64,000 nt of DNA from Octopus bimaculoides (lineage: Eukaryota), in contig NC_068983.1 of NCBI RefSeq assembly GCF_001194135.2, forward strand, positions 94,852,964-94,916,963, written 5' to 3'. The position numbers and the translations under genes are program-made. This document shows positions 51,644 to 64,000 of the stretch, piece after piece (the stretch's first letter is position 1; each line of letters opens with the position of its first letter). A model generated the notes under the pieces. It saw nothing but the letters and a program-made list of their open reading frames with translations, ran no database searches and was not told where the DNA came from.

Positions 51644-53377
51644 TACATCTTTTCTCTTCCTCACATTTCCACTTCATGTACAAGGCTTACCTTCCACTCC
51701 CCAATCCTGTCCTCTTGGCCCTGTACCACTATACCATTACTCTCCGCTAGCTTCTGACCTGTGTGTTCCACCCATGCCCTGTCTCCCTGTATCATTGCTA
51801 TCTGCTAGCCCTCAACCTGTGTGTTCCATCCACATGTAACAAGAAAACCTTTCACACACCCTACCCCAACAAACCAATCTACATCTCTTCTCTTCCTCAC
51901 ATTTCCTCCTTCATACACTATGCCTAGCTCTCACTCCCAAATCCTATCCTTATGGCCCTGTTCCTCTGCATCATTGCTATCTGGTAGCCCCCTGACTCTA
52001 TATATATACCCAGGTTCTTTCCACTCACTCACCCCCTCTGCACTCTATAATCACACTTCCTTTGCAATATCCTGCCACTTATATTATGGATTTCGAACCT
52101 GAAGGGTATGCCCTGGAGCTTGCCACCATCTAAATCCTTCTCTTCCTTTACTCAACCATCCCATTTATATTCTGATCCCCGTCCCTTGTGAGTATGCCCT
52201 GCACTTTGCCACCATCTCTATCCTGCTGTCTCCCACTCTCTCTTTCCTTCTCCTGCACCTCCGTCAGGTTGGGTAACCATGTATTCCCTATGTGGCAGCG
52301 CACCTGTTTCTGTCTTCAATCCTGATCTCTCTCTCTCTCTCTCTCACCAAGTAACCATGTACCTCTTCTACAGCATGACACCTGTTTCTGTCTCACTATA
52401 ATCTTTCATTATCTGACACAAGCTCACTTCCTCCAATGCCTCCTCTCCTCTCAAAGGATCTTTCTCTTGCAAATTACTTGGTAACCCTTCCAGTGCTTAT
52501 GCCATGTAAAAAGCATCCATTCTACACTATAAAGTGGTTGGCATTTGGAAGGGCATCCAGTTTCAAATACCTTGCCTGTGCCACATTAAAAGCACTCAGT
52601 CCACTCTACTGGGATGTTGGCATTAGGAAGGGCATCCAGCTGTAAAAATCCAGCCAAAACAGGCAGAAATCTGGTGTGGGCCAGCTCCTGCCAAACTGTC
52701 CAATCAATGCCGACTTGGAGAGCAGACCTTTAATGATGATATATATTTATATCATTATCATCAACATTTAACATCCATTATACATATATATATATATTGT
52801 ATATATGTATAATGAGAGATAAGGCTGAAAATAGTTGGAGTAAAATTACAATGAAAGCCACACCGAAAAGAAGAAAAATATATTTATACCCAAATAAAGC
52901 TCCATAAACATTTTCTTAACAGGTTTTTATCTGGTACAACTAATTAAGATAATTTTCCCAGCATTTAGACAAACACTGTTTCTTCTTTTAAACAATTTGT
53001 AGTTACTAACTTGTCCAGTTATATCATTTGTTTGTGAGAACAAACTCTTCTTTATAGTTGATAGATCTATTCTCATAAGGATATTGCTTCCCAGGAGCTA
53101 GCGGTTTGCACTCTAGGGATTGTTTCTTAATGATTTCATTCAAATTTTATTGTGTTTATTTTCTTATAATTTTACTACTTTGAATCTTAAAAGCTTTCAT
53201 TAAGGATTCAGCATACTCTCACAAATAAGCATTAAAATGATTCTTTACATAGATACTAAGTTACAAATTTAAATGGATGTCAGAAAATTATTAATTGTGA
53301 CGTACATGCTTTTCTTCAGTACCAACCCTAGATAAACTGGAACCAACAGGAAATACATTTAGTTAAAAAATTCATCA

Positions 53378-53414
53378 CCACTACTACCACCACCACCACC
53401 ACCACCACCACCAC

Positions 53415-53467
<53 letters not shown>
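53378..53467. repeat. Compound (CAC)n(TAC)n microsatellite
   Basis: Read directly. Confidence 0.9.
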
Positions 53468-53469
<2 letters not shown>

Positions 53470-54062
53470 AATGATTCTGACGAAACTGGCATCCCTTCTT
53501 TAGGTCGTTCAATTTTTCTCAACTAATCAATGAGTCTATTGACTAAAACAATTAATAACAAGCCTATCATGACTATGGAAAACAGCTGTAAGTCAAATTT
53601 ACTACAATGACGTATTATGTAATGACCATTATTTATGCCTTGTCTTATATATATATATATATGTATGTGTGATTGTTATGGCCAGTCAACCTTCTATAAA
53701 TATATTACTGGTCTAATGTTTTAGAGTGTGCTTCTTTTTCAGATATACAAACTACTGATGATATATGTATGTATGTATGTATGTATGTGTATGTATGTAT
53801 GTGCGTATGTATATATGTATGTATATATATATGTATGTATATATCTATATATATATATATANNNNNNNNNNNNNNNNNNNNNNNNNNNNNNNNNNNNNNN
53901 NNNNNNNNNNNNNNNNNNNNNNNNNNNNNNNNNNNNNNNNNNNNNNNNNNNNNNNNNNNNNNNNNNNNNNNNNNNNNNNNNNNNNNNNNNNNNNNNNNNN
54001 NNNNNNNNNNNNNNNNNNNNNNNNNNNNNNNNNNNNNNNNNNNNNNNNNNNNNNNNNNNNNN

Positions 54063-54418
54063 AGGGCAGCGGACTCGTGGCCATAGGATTGTGGTTTCGA
54101 CTCCCAGACCAGGCGTTGTGAGTGTTCATTAGTGAAAACACCTAAAGCTCCATGAAGCTCCAGCTGGTGGTGGTGGTGGGGGTAACCCAGCTGTACTCTT
54201 TCACCACAACTTTCTCTCTTTCTTCCTGTTTCTGTTGTACCTGTATTTCAAAAGGACCAGCCTTGTCACACTCTGTGTCATGCTGAATCGCCTTGAGAAC
54301 TACGTTAAGGGTACACATGTCTGTGGAGTGCTCAGCCACTTGCACATTAATTTCATGAGCAGGCTGTTCCATTGATTGGATCAACTGGGACCCTTTCATC
54401 GTAACTGACAGAGTGGCG
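54063..54418 (+). mobile_element. tRNA-derived SINE between (TA)n tracts
   Basis: B-box-like GGTTTCGACTCC near 54093; 3' half shared with the - strand SINE at 59560-59875. Confidence 0.7.
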
Positions 54419-54433
54419 TAGTATATATGTATG

Positions 54434-54553
<120 letters not shown>

Positions 54554-54585
54554 TGTATGTATGTATATATATGTATATGTATATA

Positions 54586-55033
54586 CAGGTCGCCATCAAC
54601 TTATGACCTATCCGACTTATGACTGATTGACTTAACGATAATTGGTGCGCCAGCTCCCGGCACCAATAATATATCGTCCAGTTGAAATCTAATGAGTTTA
54701 ATTTCTTAGAAATTTACCTGTCTACGAATGATGTCAGCTAACAAACACTTACCGTAGGTTTGGTTTTCTATCATCACTGTGGTTATCCCAAGTGTTGGAT
54801 GAATATCCTGTCACAGAGATATTGAAGAAACCTTGTATTTGTTTATTAGACGACTGCTTGAGACTCCAATCAAATAATGCTGTTGTATTATAATACAATG
54901 CTGTGTATGACTTTTATCTGAGAATGTAAAAATATAAAACAAAGCTATGTAGGCCTATAGGCCGACTTACGATCAAATTGACTTATGACCAGTCAGTTGG
55001 AACCAATTGTGGTCGTAAGTCAACAATGACTTG
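54586..55033. mobile_element. Tigger/pogo-type MITE
   Basis: TA-flanked; TIRs CAGGTCGCCATCAACTTATGACC / GGTCGTAAGTCAACAATGACTTG (15/23, mostly transitions); subterminal GACTTA(T/C)GA repeats. Confidence 0.7.
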
Positions 55034-55060
55034 TATATGTATGTATGTGTATATATATAT

Positions 55061-55213
55061 GTGGTTGGCGTTAGGAAGGGCATCCAGCTGTAGAAACTCT
55101 GCCAAATTAGATTGGAGCCTGGTGTTGCCATCCGGTTTCACCAGTCCTCAGTCAAATCGTCCAACCCATGCTAGCATGGAAAGCGGACGTTAAACGATGA
55201 TGATGATGATGAT
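55061..55213 (+). mobile_element. Young, heavily 5'-truncated (GAT)n-tailed retroposon copy
   Basis: Two substitutions relative to 73-228. Confidence 0.85.
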
Positions 55214-55252
55214 ATATATATATGTATGTATGATGATGATGATGTATGTATA

Positions 55253-56125
55253 TCTATAAGACATTAAAATTCAGATTGAATCTTGCTTGCAATGTTACTC
55301 ATCCAAACTGGTGCATAATAGAAAGATACTATGAATTAAGTTTTCCCTGAAATGTAAATACGAACGCGATGAAACAAATTTTGCATAAATTGGATAAGTG
55401 GTTGTGAAGATATTAAGGGTTTTCAGGGTATAAATACCCAAAACAGTGTATAATGGGAAAAGTCTCTGAAATTAACTTAATCCTGAAAAGGAAGTAACTC
55501 TTATCTTTCGATTAGACAGTGACTTGACAACGATAAATGTACGATTTGTTTTTTTACAGTAAATGTTTCTATTTTTACTTTTATTAAACACAATATTTCA
55601 ATCATTTAGAAACATTTTAAGCGACTGTGATTTCTTTAAACAGGCAATATTTTAATGTTTTCTTTTTTAATTATTTTCAAGTGAATACTATTACAATATA
55701 TTTTTTTGACATATTTAAAAAATATTTTAAAGTGGAAATGACTTTAAAAGTACAGTAAATATTTTGTAAAAGACTTGTTCGTAACCTCGGTGTGAAATGA
55801 TTTTTTCCATAGTTTTTTTTAAAATTTTGATGGCATTCAACATATCTCACTTCCAAAGATTTGGGTGCTATTTCTAGCATGACCAGCTACCACTTAACAG
55901 CTATTTGCAATAAAGGACCCAAAATACCTGTTGTAGGGCGTGCAATAAATAGCAGCCAAATCTTTCCTTTTCTGGGGAAAGGAGCCACTTATGCTTGATT
56001 TCCATGTCACATTCGTTGAAACCATGCAAAATAACCTGGAAAAGAAAAAAATACCCATGAAACAAAATTCTGTTGCTGGGAAACTCAGACTTTCCCAGTA
56101 CCCCAATGGGTCATGGGTAGTCTAG
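55253..56125 (+). mobile_element. Candidate non-autonomous Helitron
   Basis: A|TC at 55252/55253; imperfect hairpin TACCC...GGGTA 56099-56119, then CTAG|T at 56122-56126; no coding remnant. Confidence 0.5.
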
Positions 56126-56591
56126 TATATATATATATATATATATATATANNNNNNNNNNNNNNNNNNNNNNNNNNNNNNNNNNNNNNNNNNNNNNNNN
56201 NNNNNNNNNNNNNNNNNNNNNNNNNNNNNNNNNNNNNNNNNNNNNNNNNNNTATATATATATATATATATATATACACATTGTGGTGGTGTATATATGTA
56301 CATACGTATGTGTGTATGTATATATACACAAACATACATTACGTGAGTGAAGTTTTCAATCAAGATGTTGTATCTTATTCTTCAAATGCTTCACTTCTGT
56401 GTATGTAGATATATTTACTAGATTGCTGACAATTATTGATGGTTTTTCCCCATTGTGTTGATGTGCCATTTTCTGTTATTAATAAAACTCGGCATTTTTG
56501 CCAACACATGTATGTTAGTAATAGTAATAATGATAATGATTTTTAATAATACATATATATTAGTAAAATGTTTATTTCTTATCATTTCCAG

Positions 56592-57520
56592 GTAAAAAGA
56601 AAATTCTCATATGGATGACAATATTAATCATAGCCATTTTTGTGTACACTAGTCTCGTGCTACGAATCAATCAGGAAACCTTCATGGATATATTTTCAAG
56701 CAGATGGTTTACAGTCACATACCAACAGCCACATAATTTCTCATATATTCATTTGACAAATAATTGTTCTGACTCTGTTCAGATCCTTGTTGCTGTGTGT
56801 TCAGCCCCAATTAATTTACTGCATCGAAATACCATACGAGAGACTTGGGGCCAATATGCTAGGAACAATTCAAACTTTAAGATGGTTTTTTTTGAAGGTG
56901 TTAAACATAGTCCTAATGTTCAAGATGACATTAATGAAGAAAGTGTAAAATATGGTGATATTGTACAAGAGAACTATATTGATCATTATGAAAACTTGTC
57001 TTTAAAGTCAGTTGCTTATCTGCGTTGGGTGAGTTCTTCATGTAGAAAAGTAAAATTTGTGTTGAAAACAGATGATGATATGTATATAAATCTTCCACTG
57101 TTAGAGAAAACACTTATGAACATGAAACGTTCTCGGTTTATCATGGGTTTAGTTTTTAAACATGTTGCACCAATCAGAGATAGCTCATCAAAATGGTACA
57201 CACCCAAATCAAAATATCCAAAGAATGAGTTTCCTGAGTATGTCTCCGGGACTGCTTATCTAATTTCAGGTGACATAGTACCAGAATTGTATGCAGAATC
57301 ATTTAATGAAAAGCTTTTCTGGCTTGAAGATGTTTATATAACAGGAATGCTTGCGAACCGAGTGAATGCAACAAGAATAAACAGTGGCAAATTTACAATT
57401 TATAACAAACAACACACTGGCTGTGCCTACAAAAACATGATAAGTGGACATCATGTGACACCGAGAAATATGAAAATTATTTATCAACAATTACAAAATG
57501 TAACTCTTGTTTGCCATTAA
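56592..57520 (+). CDS. Beta-1,3-galactosyltransferase (GT31, B3GALT1/5-like), main coding exon; first in-exon in-frame ATG at 56615
   Basis: Intact 301-aa ORF: hydrophobic N-terminal anchor, RNTIRETWG, DIVQENYIDHYENLSLKS, KTDDD (DxD), PIRDSSSKWY, YVSGTAY, EDVYITG. Acceptor tttccag| at 56591 with the frame open back to it (KKKILIW). Confidence 0.93.
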
Positions 57521-58949
57521 TTTTCTCTTTTAAAAATAGCAGTTGAAGCCTGCAGAAATGAACTTAGTGCCCAGCTTTCTTGAATATCATTGCATTATAT
57601 TCTGAGTTAACTTTATATTCTGGATGATTTCTTTCTTTCTTCTGAGCATATGGTTGATAAAATAAGTAACAGTAATATACTGAGGATCAATTTCCAGAAG
57701 TTTGCTTTGAAGCCACATTGTTTTGGATTTAATCTAACAGTGGAGTAATTTGGGCAACTATTTTCGCTCATTTTCTCTGAAATAAGCTGCATTCAAAATG
57801 CCACAGTCAAACACTTCTTACATGAGAAATCTCACTAAAAAGTGAGCTGGCAGGAAGCAGGACTGTTTCTCAGAAAATATAGAAAAAGATGGATAATATT
57901 TCAAAGGCTCAAATTAATTAATTTTCAAAATAATGTCCTTTGATTACTCACATTTCTTTCTCTTAATTTTAGAATAATTATAAAAAATACAGCTACATGC
58001 AATTTTTTGAAATGATTCAAATGTGAATCCTAAATAGCATGTAACAAAATTAATGATGCTGAAACTGGCAACTCACCTGGTGATTTTAGACTTTTCCACC
58101 GCTGCCACTGCCACTGCTGCCGCTGTCGCCAACGACAAAGAGCTGCTAGGCTCCATGTATGTTTTGGCATGGTTTCTACTGCTGGATGTCCTATGTCCAA
58201 AACATTTTGATACACTCACTTGCTTTTTAATTGACTATGTATTAATTGGAAAGAGTAATATCACTTTTTTTAACATTCTGTGAAGATGTTGAAAGGGTAT
58301 AGCTTTGAATTTCAAAAACTTTTCATGGGCTACATAGAACCTACATTTCAAGCTGCATGCAGCCCATGGGTCATAGTTTAACCACTCTGGTATAGGAGTC
58401 TGTTTCTGGCTCTTAAGCAACTGAGTAGAGGCTCATTCAGGAACTAGTAGTACTTGATGGTTGTGATAACATTTAGATGCATTATATAGAATGTACAAAG
58501 AACAAAGTTGAAGCAGGGGGAATAAACAAATCATCCAAATAATTGACTAACCTTCACAACTTCTACCACATCTTCCTATCTCTGATACTGTTACTACAAC
58601 CTTTACACACAACAACCATTGTCACTTCTGTCTATTCTATTCTGCTACAACCTACTCTCATTACAACACTACTGTTACTTCAACCCTCACACACTACAAC
58701 TAACAATCTCTCAATTATTTTATACAAAATTATAGCAGATTTTCTTCATTTTATTTGTGCTTCTTTACAATAGTAATGACAAGTTAGTTCAACATTTCTG
58801 AACTGTATAATGAAGAATATCTTAAATTACTTTTCAAATTATCCTTTAAATGCGATATTGGCAACAGCCAAACTCAACCAACTCCAAAGAAAACATTGTT
58901 AAAAAATATGCATTGTTCAAAAAATCTGAATGAAGAGGTAAGGGAAATC

Positions 58950-59066
58950 TTATTGATAGCGATAACATCTGAAGTGAAACCACAGTTTCTATATGTTGTT
59001 TTGGAACTGACAGTAGGAGCCTTGCTTGTATTCCCATTCATGGCTGACAATCTTGAATGCAATATC
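58950..59066 (-). pseudogene. CACTIN: Cactin terminal-exon pseudogene fragment
   Basis: ttcttcttgtgcag| acceptor then DIAFKIVSHEWEYKQGSYCQFQNNI*KLWFHFRCYRYQ*, matching the recalled Cactin C-terminus DIAFKIVNREWE..YK.GFRCQF.N.IFQLWFHFKRYRYRR; two-codon deletion and TAG at 58989-58991; AATAAA on the - strand at 58750-58755. Confidence 0.85.
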
Positions 59067-59559
59067 CTGCACAAGAAGAAATCACACAATTATTACAATG
59101 TTCAAATAAACATTCTTTTTTTTTGTGTTTTATTATTTAGGGCTGTGAGAACAGAAACTAATTTATTGTTATTTTGGATAACACAACCTTATAGTTTAAA
59201 TTTGTAGGAACAAGTATCTAAAATATATCAGATTAATTCCTTTCTTACTGTATTCATTAATAGCATATTAGTTGTCATGGAAAACACAGCCATAGCATAA
59301 TAATCAAAGAAGCAGGAGGCAACACGAGCTTCAGAAAACCAGCTATCTAACTAGTCACTGACCACTTAGATAAGTCTAAAACTCTGGCCAATTTTGATTT
59401 GAGAGGGAGAGAATATTCCTGGCTGGAATGCAATCTCTATCAACAGATCATCAGAATTTAGTCCAAAAGAAAATGCAGCAGCTGCATCTGTAGTAAGTGG
59501 CCTTTATGGCTTGGATACCATCTTGTGGAGTAACAGCACTATCAATACATTTGTACCAA

Positions 59560-59875
59560 CTGGCACTCTGTCAGTTACAATGATGAGGGTTCTAGTGATC
59601 AACAGAACAGCCTGCTTGTGAAATTAACGTGCAAGTGACTGAGTACTCCAAAAAACACATGTACCCTTAACATAGTTTTCAGGGAGAATCAGCATGACAC
59701 AGAGTGTGATAAGGCTGGCCCTTTGAAATACAGGTACTACTCCTTTTTGCCAGCTGAGTGGACTGGAGCAGCATGAAATAAAGTGTCTTGTTCAAGGACA
59801 CAACACATCGCCGGGGATTGAACTCACAACCATACAATCATGAGCTGAATACTCTAACCACTGAGTCACATGCCT
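59560..59875 (-). mobile_element. tRNA-derived SINE
   Basis: Head with GAGTTCAATCCC B-box near 59815; head also seen at about 11430-11570; 3' half shared with 54240-54418. Confidence 0.7.
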
Positions 59876-60309
59876 TCACATTGTACAAACTAAACAGTTT
59901 ATAATACAAGTATATGGAGAATGACAAAAGACAGAAAAACTGTATTGTTTCCATCACAAACACTTATTTGCAAAGAGTTACACTCTGTCTTCAGTATTCA
60001 GTGTCTTGGTGAATGTTTGAAAAGAACAGATCCTTGATCTTTTGGATGTCTTGTTGGTGTTTTTCCAGAATGGAATGTTGAGACCCTGCAAACATTGCCT
60101 CGATGGATTACTGCAAACATCATGTATCCTTCTTTCAGTGACAATGACCTTTCATAGATAAACGTTGTTTTACTTAAAAAAAAGTATAAATAGGAGCCCA
60201 ACTTGTGAACATCTATATGCAACCAGCTACATCCTCTTCTCAGTATTTAACAAGCAGTCCTCTCAGAAGGAATTGCCATACAGTTGAAAGTGCAATTAAC
60301 TTTATGAAG

Positions 60310-61200
60310 GAGGAGAAAATAGCTGAACTCTTAAGGGTAGTTGTTTAGATGTTGTAAGAATATAAGAAAATGGGATATACATTAATTACTAACATTGTTA
60401 GTATGTATAACACTAGCTAGGCTTAGTATTATCATCAATAACTGGTGTAACAATATCACTATTAACTGCTATGAAGGCAAAGATGATCTAGAAAGAGGTA
60501 GCTGTAGAGGCATCAAGGTGATGGAGCAAGTTATGTAAGAGTTATAGCACAATTGATGAGGAAACAAACTAGCTTAGATATGATGATATTTGTGTTTGTG
60601 CTGAAGACTGGCTATTCATGAGAAATACTGTGTATCATTGACCTAGTCCTTAAGCTGAATCTTTTGAAGTTTTAAAGAAATTTTAAACAAGGAAGCATAA
60701 CCTTAAATCAAGAGATTGCAAAATAAACTTAGCAAAGACCATACTTAATGCCTATTGTAGGTGCACAGGATGTGTAGTGTGATCACGGGTAGGCTGAGAG
60801 ATGTGCAGGAATAGTTAGTAGCTAGAGCACCTGTGAAATAATTTTTTTCAAATGCTTAGAAGATTCCCTAGAAGCGGTTGGTAGCTTCTGTTAAACGACC
60901 AAACTATTAGTGGAGATGGATGTTCGAAATATCCAGAGCAATAAGATAGTGGAAAAAGTGGAGGGTACTATTATCTCTGTTAGTAACAAAGAAATTCTTT
61001 CTGAGAGAATCACAGATTGTATAATACTTGTGTGCAAAGTGTGATGTTGCATGGTGGCAAAACATGGACACTAATGTGAAAACATGAAGTGGGTATGCTC
61101 CAGATGTGTAATGAACTAGGAAAATGGCTGACTGTAAGAAAAATCAGATGTAGAATGCATGACAGAAAACTATTGGGTTAAAAACTATTGGGTTAAAAAG
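60310..61200 (+). mobile_element. Highly decayed RTE LINE RT fragment(s)
   Basis: INCYEGKDDLERGSCRGIKVMEQVM and CVQSVMLHGGKTWTL resemble 48300-48430 and 49880 onward. Confidence 0.6.
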
Positions 61201-62888
61201 GGCCAAGATGACAAACAAGAAAGTAACGTATGCATTGATGCATTACATAACTTGCACAATCTCTTCTCCCAATTTGCAATGAGGCCTTCTGATCCCTACC
61301 CACCTCTCCCTAACCAAATTAGCAAAAGTGATATTGTTGCCCTCTACAAAGCCTTTGATTAAATACATGGAAAGTTGACTCTTGAGAGATATGAACTCAG
61401 AATAGCGAGGAAAAAAACTAAGGTATCCAATTTAACAATATTGTTTCAGCCAGTTCCACTGTTCAATATTCTCATATGATACTACACCCTTACATTACTA
61501 TAATTATATAGACCTTTGTAGGCACTGCCAAACTGGGGAGACAGATGCAGTTGATGTTCAGTTTGACCATTTCTAGGGAAAACATAGGTGATAGGGAAAT
61601 GGAGAAATACTTAGGAATAATAGACAGTGTGTGTTGCCTTTTGAGAAGGTATGCAGCTTTTTATTACTGCAGTTTAGCTGGACAAGAGGTACCTGTCCTG
61701 GCATTGAGAAAGACACCTTCTAAATTAAATTGTTTTATATGTAATTATTCAATTTTACATAAATGATCTATTCCGTCCATGGTTGCATGGGTTCAACAGT
61801 TATCAAATGGTGAAAAAAACATTTAATTCATCTTTTTAAATTTTACAAACCGACCTTATACTCTTCAGGAAAAAATGTATATATGCATACACAATTATTA
61901 CTAGCATGAAAATAGAAAAGTTTAGTCAAATGCCCCATACCTCAGATATGGTTTCACATTTTGGCACAAGGTAAGTAATTTCGGGGGAGGGGTAAGTTAA
62001 TTACAATAGACCCAGTGCTTGACTGGTACTTATTTTATTGAATCCCAAAAGAATGAAAAGCAAAGTCAACTTTGGCAGAATTTGAACTCAGAACATAAAG
62101 ATGGATAAAATGGTGCTAAGCATTTTGCTTGGCATGCTAACAGTTCTGCCAGCTGAACACCTTATAAGTCACAAATTATTTAAAAAAGTAAGTCTTCAAT
62201 CAAATTTGTGGTAGAAATTTAAATTCTGTTTTTCTAAATACAGACGTCTGAGTAGTTGTTGTGTACTGAACAACTAGCCAAGAGGTTAGTGTTTATTTTT
62301 CACCACTTTCACTCCCTGTATCCATGGTCAAGATCAGTGGTTCTCCAAACTTTTTGGACTCCTTCCCCCATGGCTCCCAGTTCACATTCCTAGCACCCCT
62401 CCCCAATACAAACATATGCTTCTTTCTACTGCAAATTCAAAACATCTGTGTTCAACAAATAAAGCTTAATCTAGTAAACCAATTTACTTTGCTGATTTTA
62501 CAATGTGAAAGAGTAAATTTACACACACACACACATATATATCTTTTTATCTTTTACTTGTTTCTGTCATTAGACTGCAGCCATGCTGGGGCTCTGACTT
62601 GGAGAATTTTTAGTCAACTGAATTGACCACAATACTTTTTTTCTTTTAAGGCTGGTACTTAATTTATCAGTCTCTTTGCCAAACCACTAAGTTACAGGGA
62701 TGTGCACACACCAATTTCGTTGTGAAACACAGACACAAAAACATACATGTAGATATTTGCTTATTTACATTTCAGAGCCTATTATTATTGTTCATGTTGT
62801 TGTCATTATTATTATTGTGATTGTGGCTAATAAGTAGCTTATCATCATATTACATTTAAATATTTATTTCTTAAAATTAACATTTAAA

Positions 62889-64000
62889 TGAGGGTGAGTC
62901 AAAAAGTAATTCAATTTTTATCATAATTGGTGCATTTTTCAATGAAATTATTTGATATTTGGTATAGATGTAAAGGCACATATACTCTTGATCTTCAGTA
63001 GTTTAACTTTTTTTCCAGATTTATGAATGAGCTGATACCAAAATGCTTGAAGTACATCAGAAACAAAGAGCAATAATTGAGTTCCTTGTTACTGAAAGAG
63101 AAACTCCTGTGAACATTCACAAAAGACTGAAAAATGTTTACAAAAATAAAACTTTAACCCACAGCAACTTATGGGAAATAGGCTCATTGTCTCACTGAGA
63201 ATTCAACAGACCAAAAGGTATTGGTAAATTCAAGCTTAGCAGACATGCCTTGTAGTGATTGCTCATCAATTTCTGTCAACCCTGCCAACAAGAAAAAAAA
63301 CAGACCCTTTAGTTAGAGCTGATTGGTGGATAAACATTGATGAGCTGGCATCAGAGCTTTGAGTTAGCCATGGTAGTGCTCACATTATCAAAGCACTTGC
63401 ACTTTTGGAAGTGTGTGCCTGTTGGGTAACAAAACAACTGACGGATGAGCACAGGACTGGAAAGGTTAACTGTTGTACTGAACTCCTTAAACTCAGCGAA
63501 AGAGACAAAACCTTTCTTCGAAGGCTCTCAACTGATCATGAAAATTGGATTCATCATTATGAAGCAGAATCAAAAAGACAATCAATGAAGTAGTGTCACC
63601 CAATGTATCCAAAGGCATGAAAAAGTCAGCTGTAAAAATCATGGTGACTATCTTTTAGGATGCTCAAAATGTTATTCTTGTTGATTTCTTGCAAAGAGAA
63701 GAAACAGTCAATTCTGAAACATACATTGTGACCCTTAAAAGACTGAGTAAGACCAAATTTGGAAATGAATGAAGTTCTTCAACAGAATGCCCGGCCTCAC
63801 TCAAGCTTGAGAACAAGGGAGGCATTCACTTTTTTCAGGTGAACAACTCTATCCCATCTTTCTTTCTTACGTGACTTAGCACCCTCAGACTTTCATCTCT
63901 TTGGTCCAATGTAAAAGGAATGAGAAGCAAACATTATGGTGGTGATGAAGAATTGAAAACTACTACAAGGAATTGGCTACATCAGCAGACAGCAAAGTTT
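62889..64000 (+). mobile_element. Decayed mariner transposon, runs off the window end
   Basis: Left TIR (T)GAGGGTGAGTCAAAAAGTAAT; KQRAIIEFLVTE (about 63060), CWVTKQLT, WIHHYEAESKRQSM, DLAPSDFHLFGPM (about 63870). Confidence 0.85.

Larger units (their letters stand above)
46950..52740 (+). mobile_element. Near-full-length decayed RTE LINE carrying a nested solo LTR and a mariner
   Basis: Endonuclease (ATINVSTMKGR...VDVWGVEGVRW), RT (QFGFAPGKSTTDAIF, FIDLEKAF, LLYADDL at about 48790), HGSETWA, pyrimidine-rich 3' UTR and (GAT)n-type tail. Confidence 0.9.

Noticed and set aside
58896-59207. + strand ORF with ATG 58908 and donor GAG|GTAAGG at 58937, resembling a first exon
   Set aside because: Better explained as the antisense of the Cactin pseudo-exon and its 3' UTR.

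Overview
AT-rich, repeat-dense animal genomic DNA with six N-gaps; the repeat landscape suggests an octopod cephalopod (inference). Three + strand protein-coding genes were rebuilt by hand from splice sites and translation. (1) The last six coding exons of a PLEKHM1/PLEKHM3-family gene (Rubicon-homology domain), 3250-16142. (2) A complete five-exon POLR2D/RPB4 gene (146 aa), 28178-33755. (3) A GT31 beta-1,3-galactosyltransferase main exon, 56592-57520, whose first exon was not found. The - strand holds an orphan, disabled copy of the Cactin terminal exon (58950-59066). Most other sequence is transposon-derived: RTE LINEs with a young (GAT)n-tailed derivative family, a TSD-flanked Gypsy-like LTR complex with an inverted interior and tRNA-Trp PBS, a solo LTR, three mariners, a hAT fossil, two Helitron-type elements, Tigger- and piggyBac-type MITEs, and tRNA-derived SINEs (one with a hammerhead-like motif). 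No prokaryotic system, CRISPR array, rRNA or bona fide tRNA gene was seen. No convincing new biological system was found. The best leads are the Cactin pseudo-exon, the SINE hammerhead motif, the LTR complex, inverted young repeats bracketing PLEKHM exons, and a 353-bp duplication in POLR2D introns. Family calls rest on recalled consensus motifs, not database searches.
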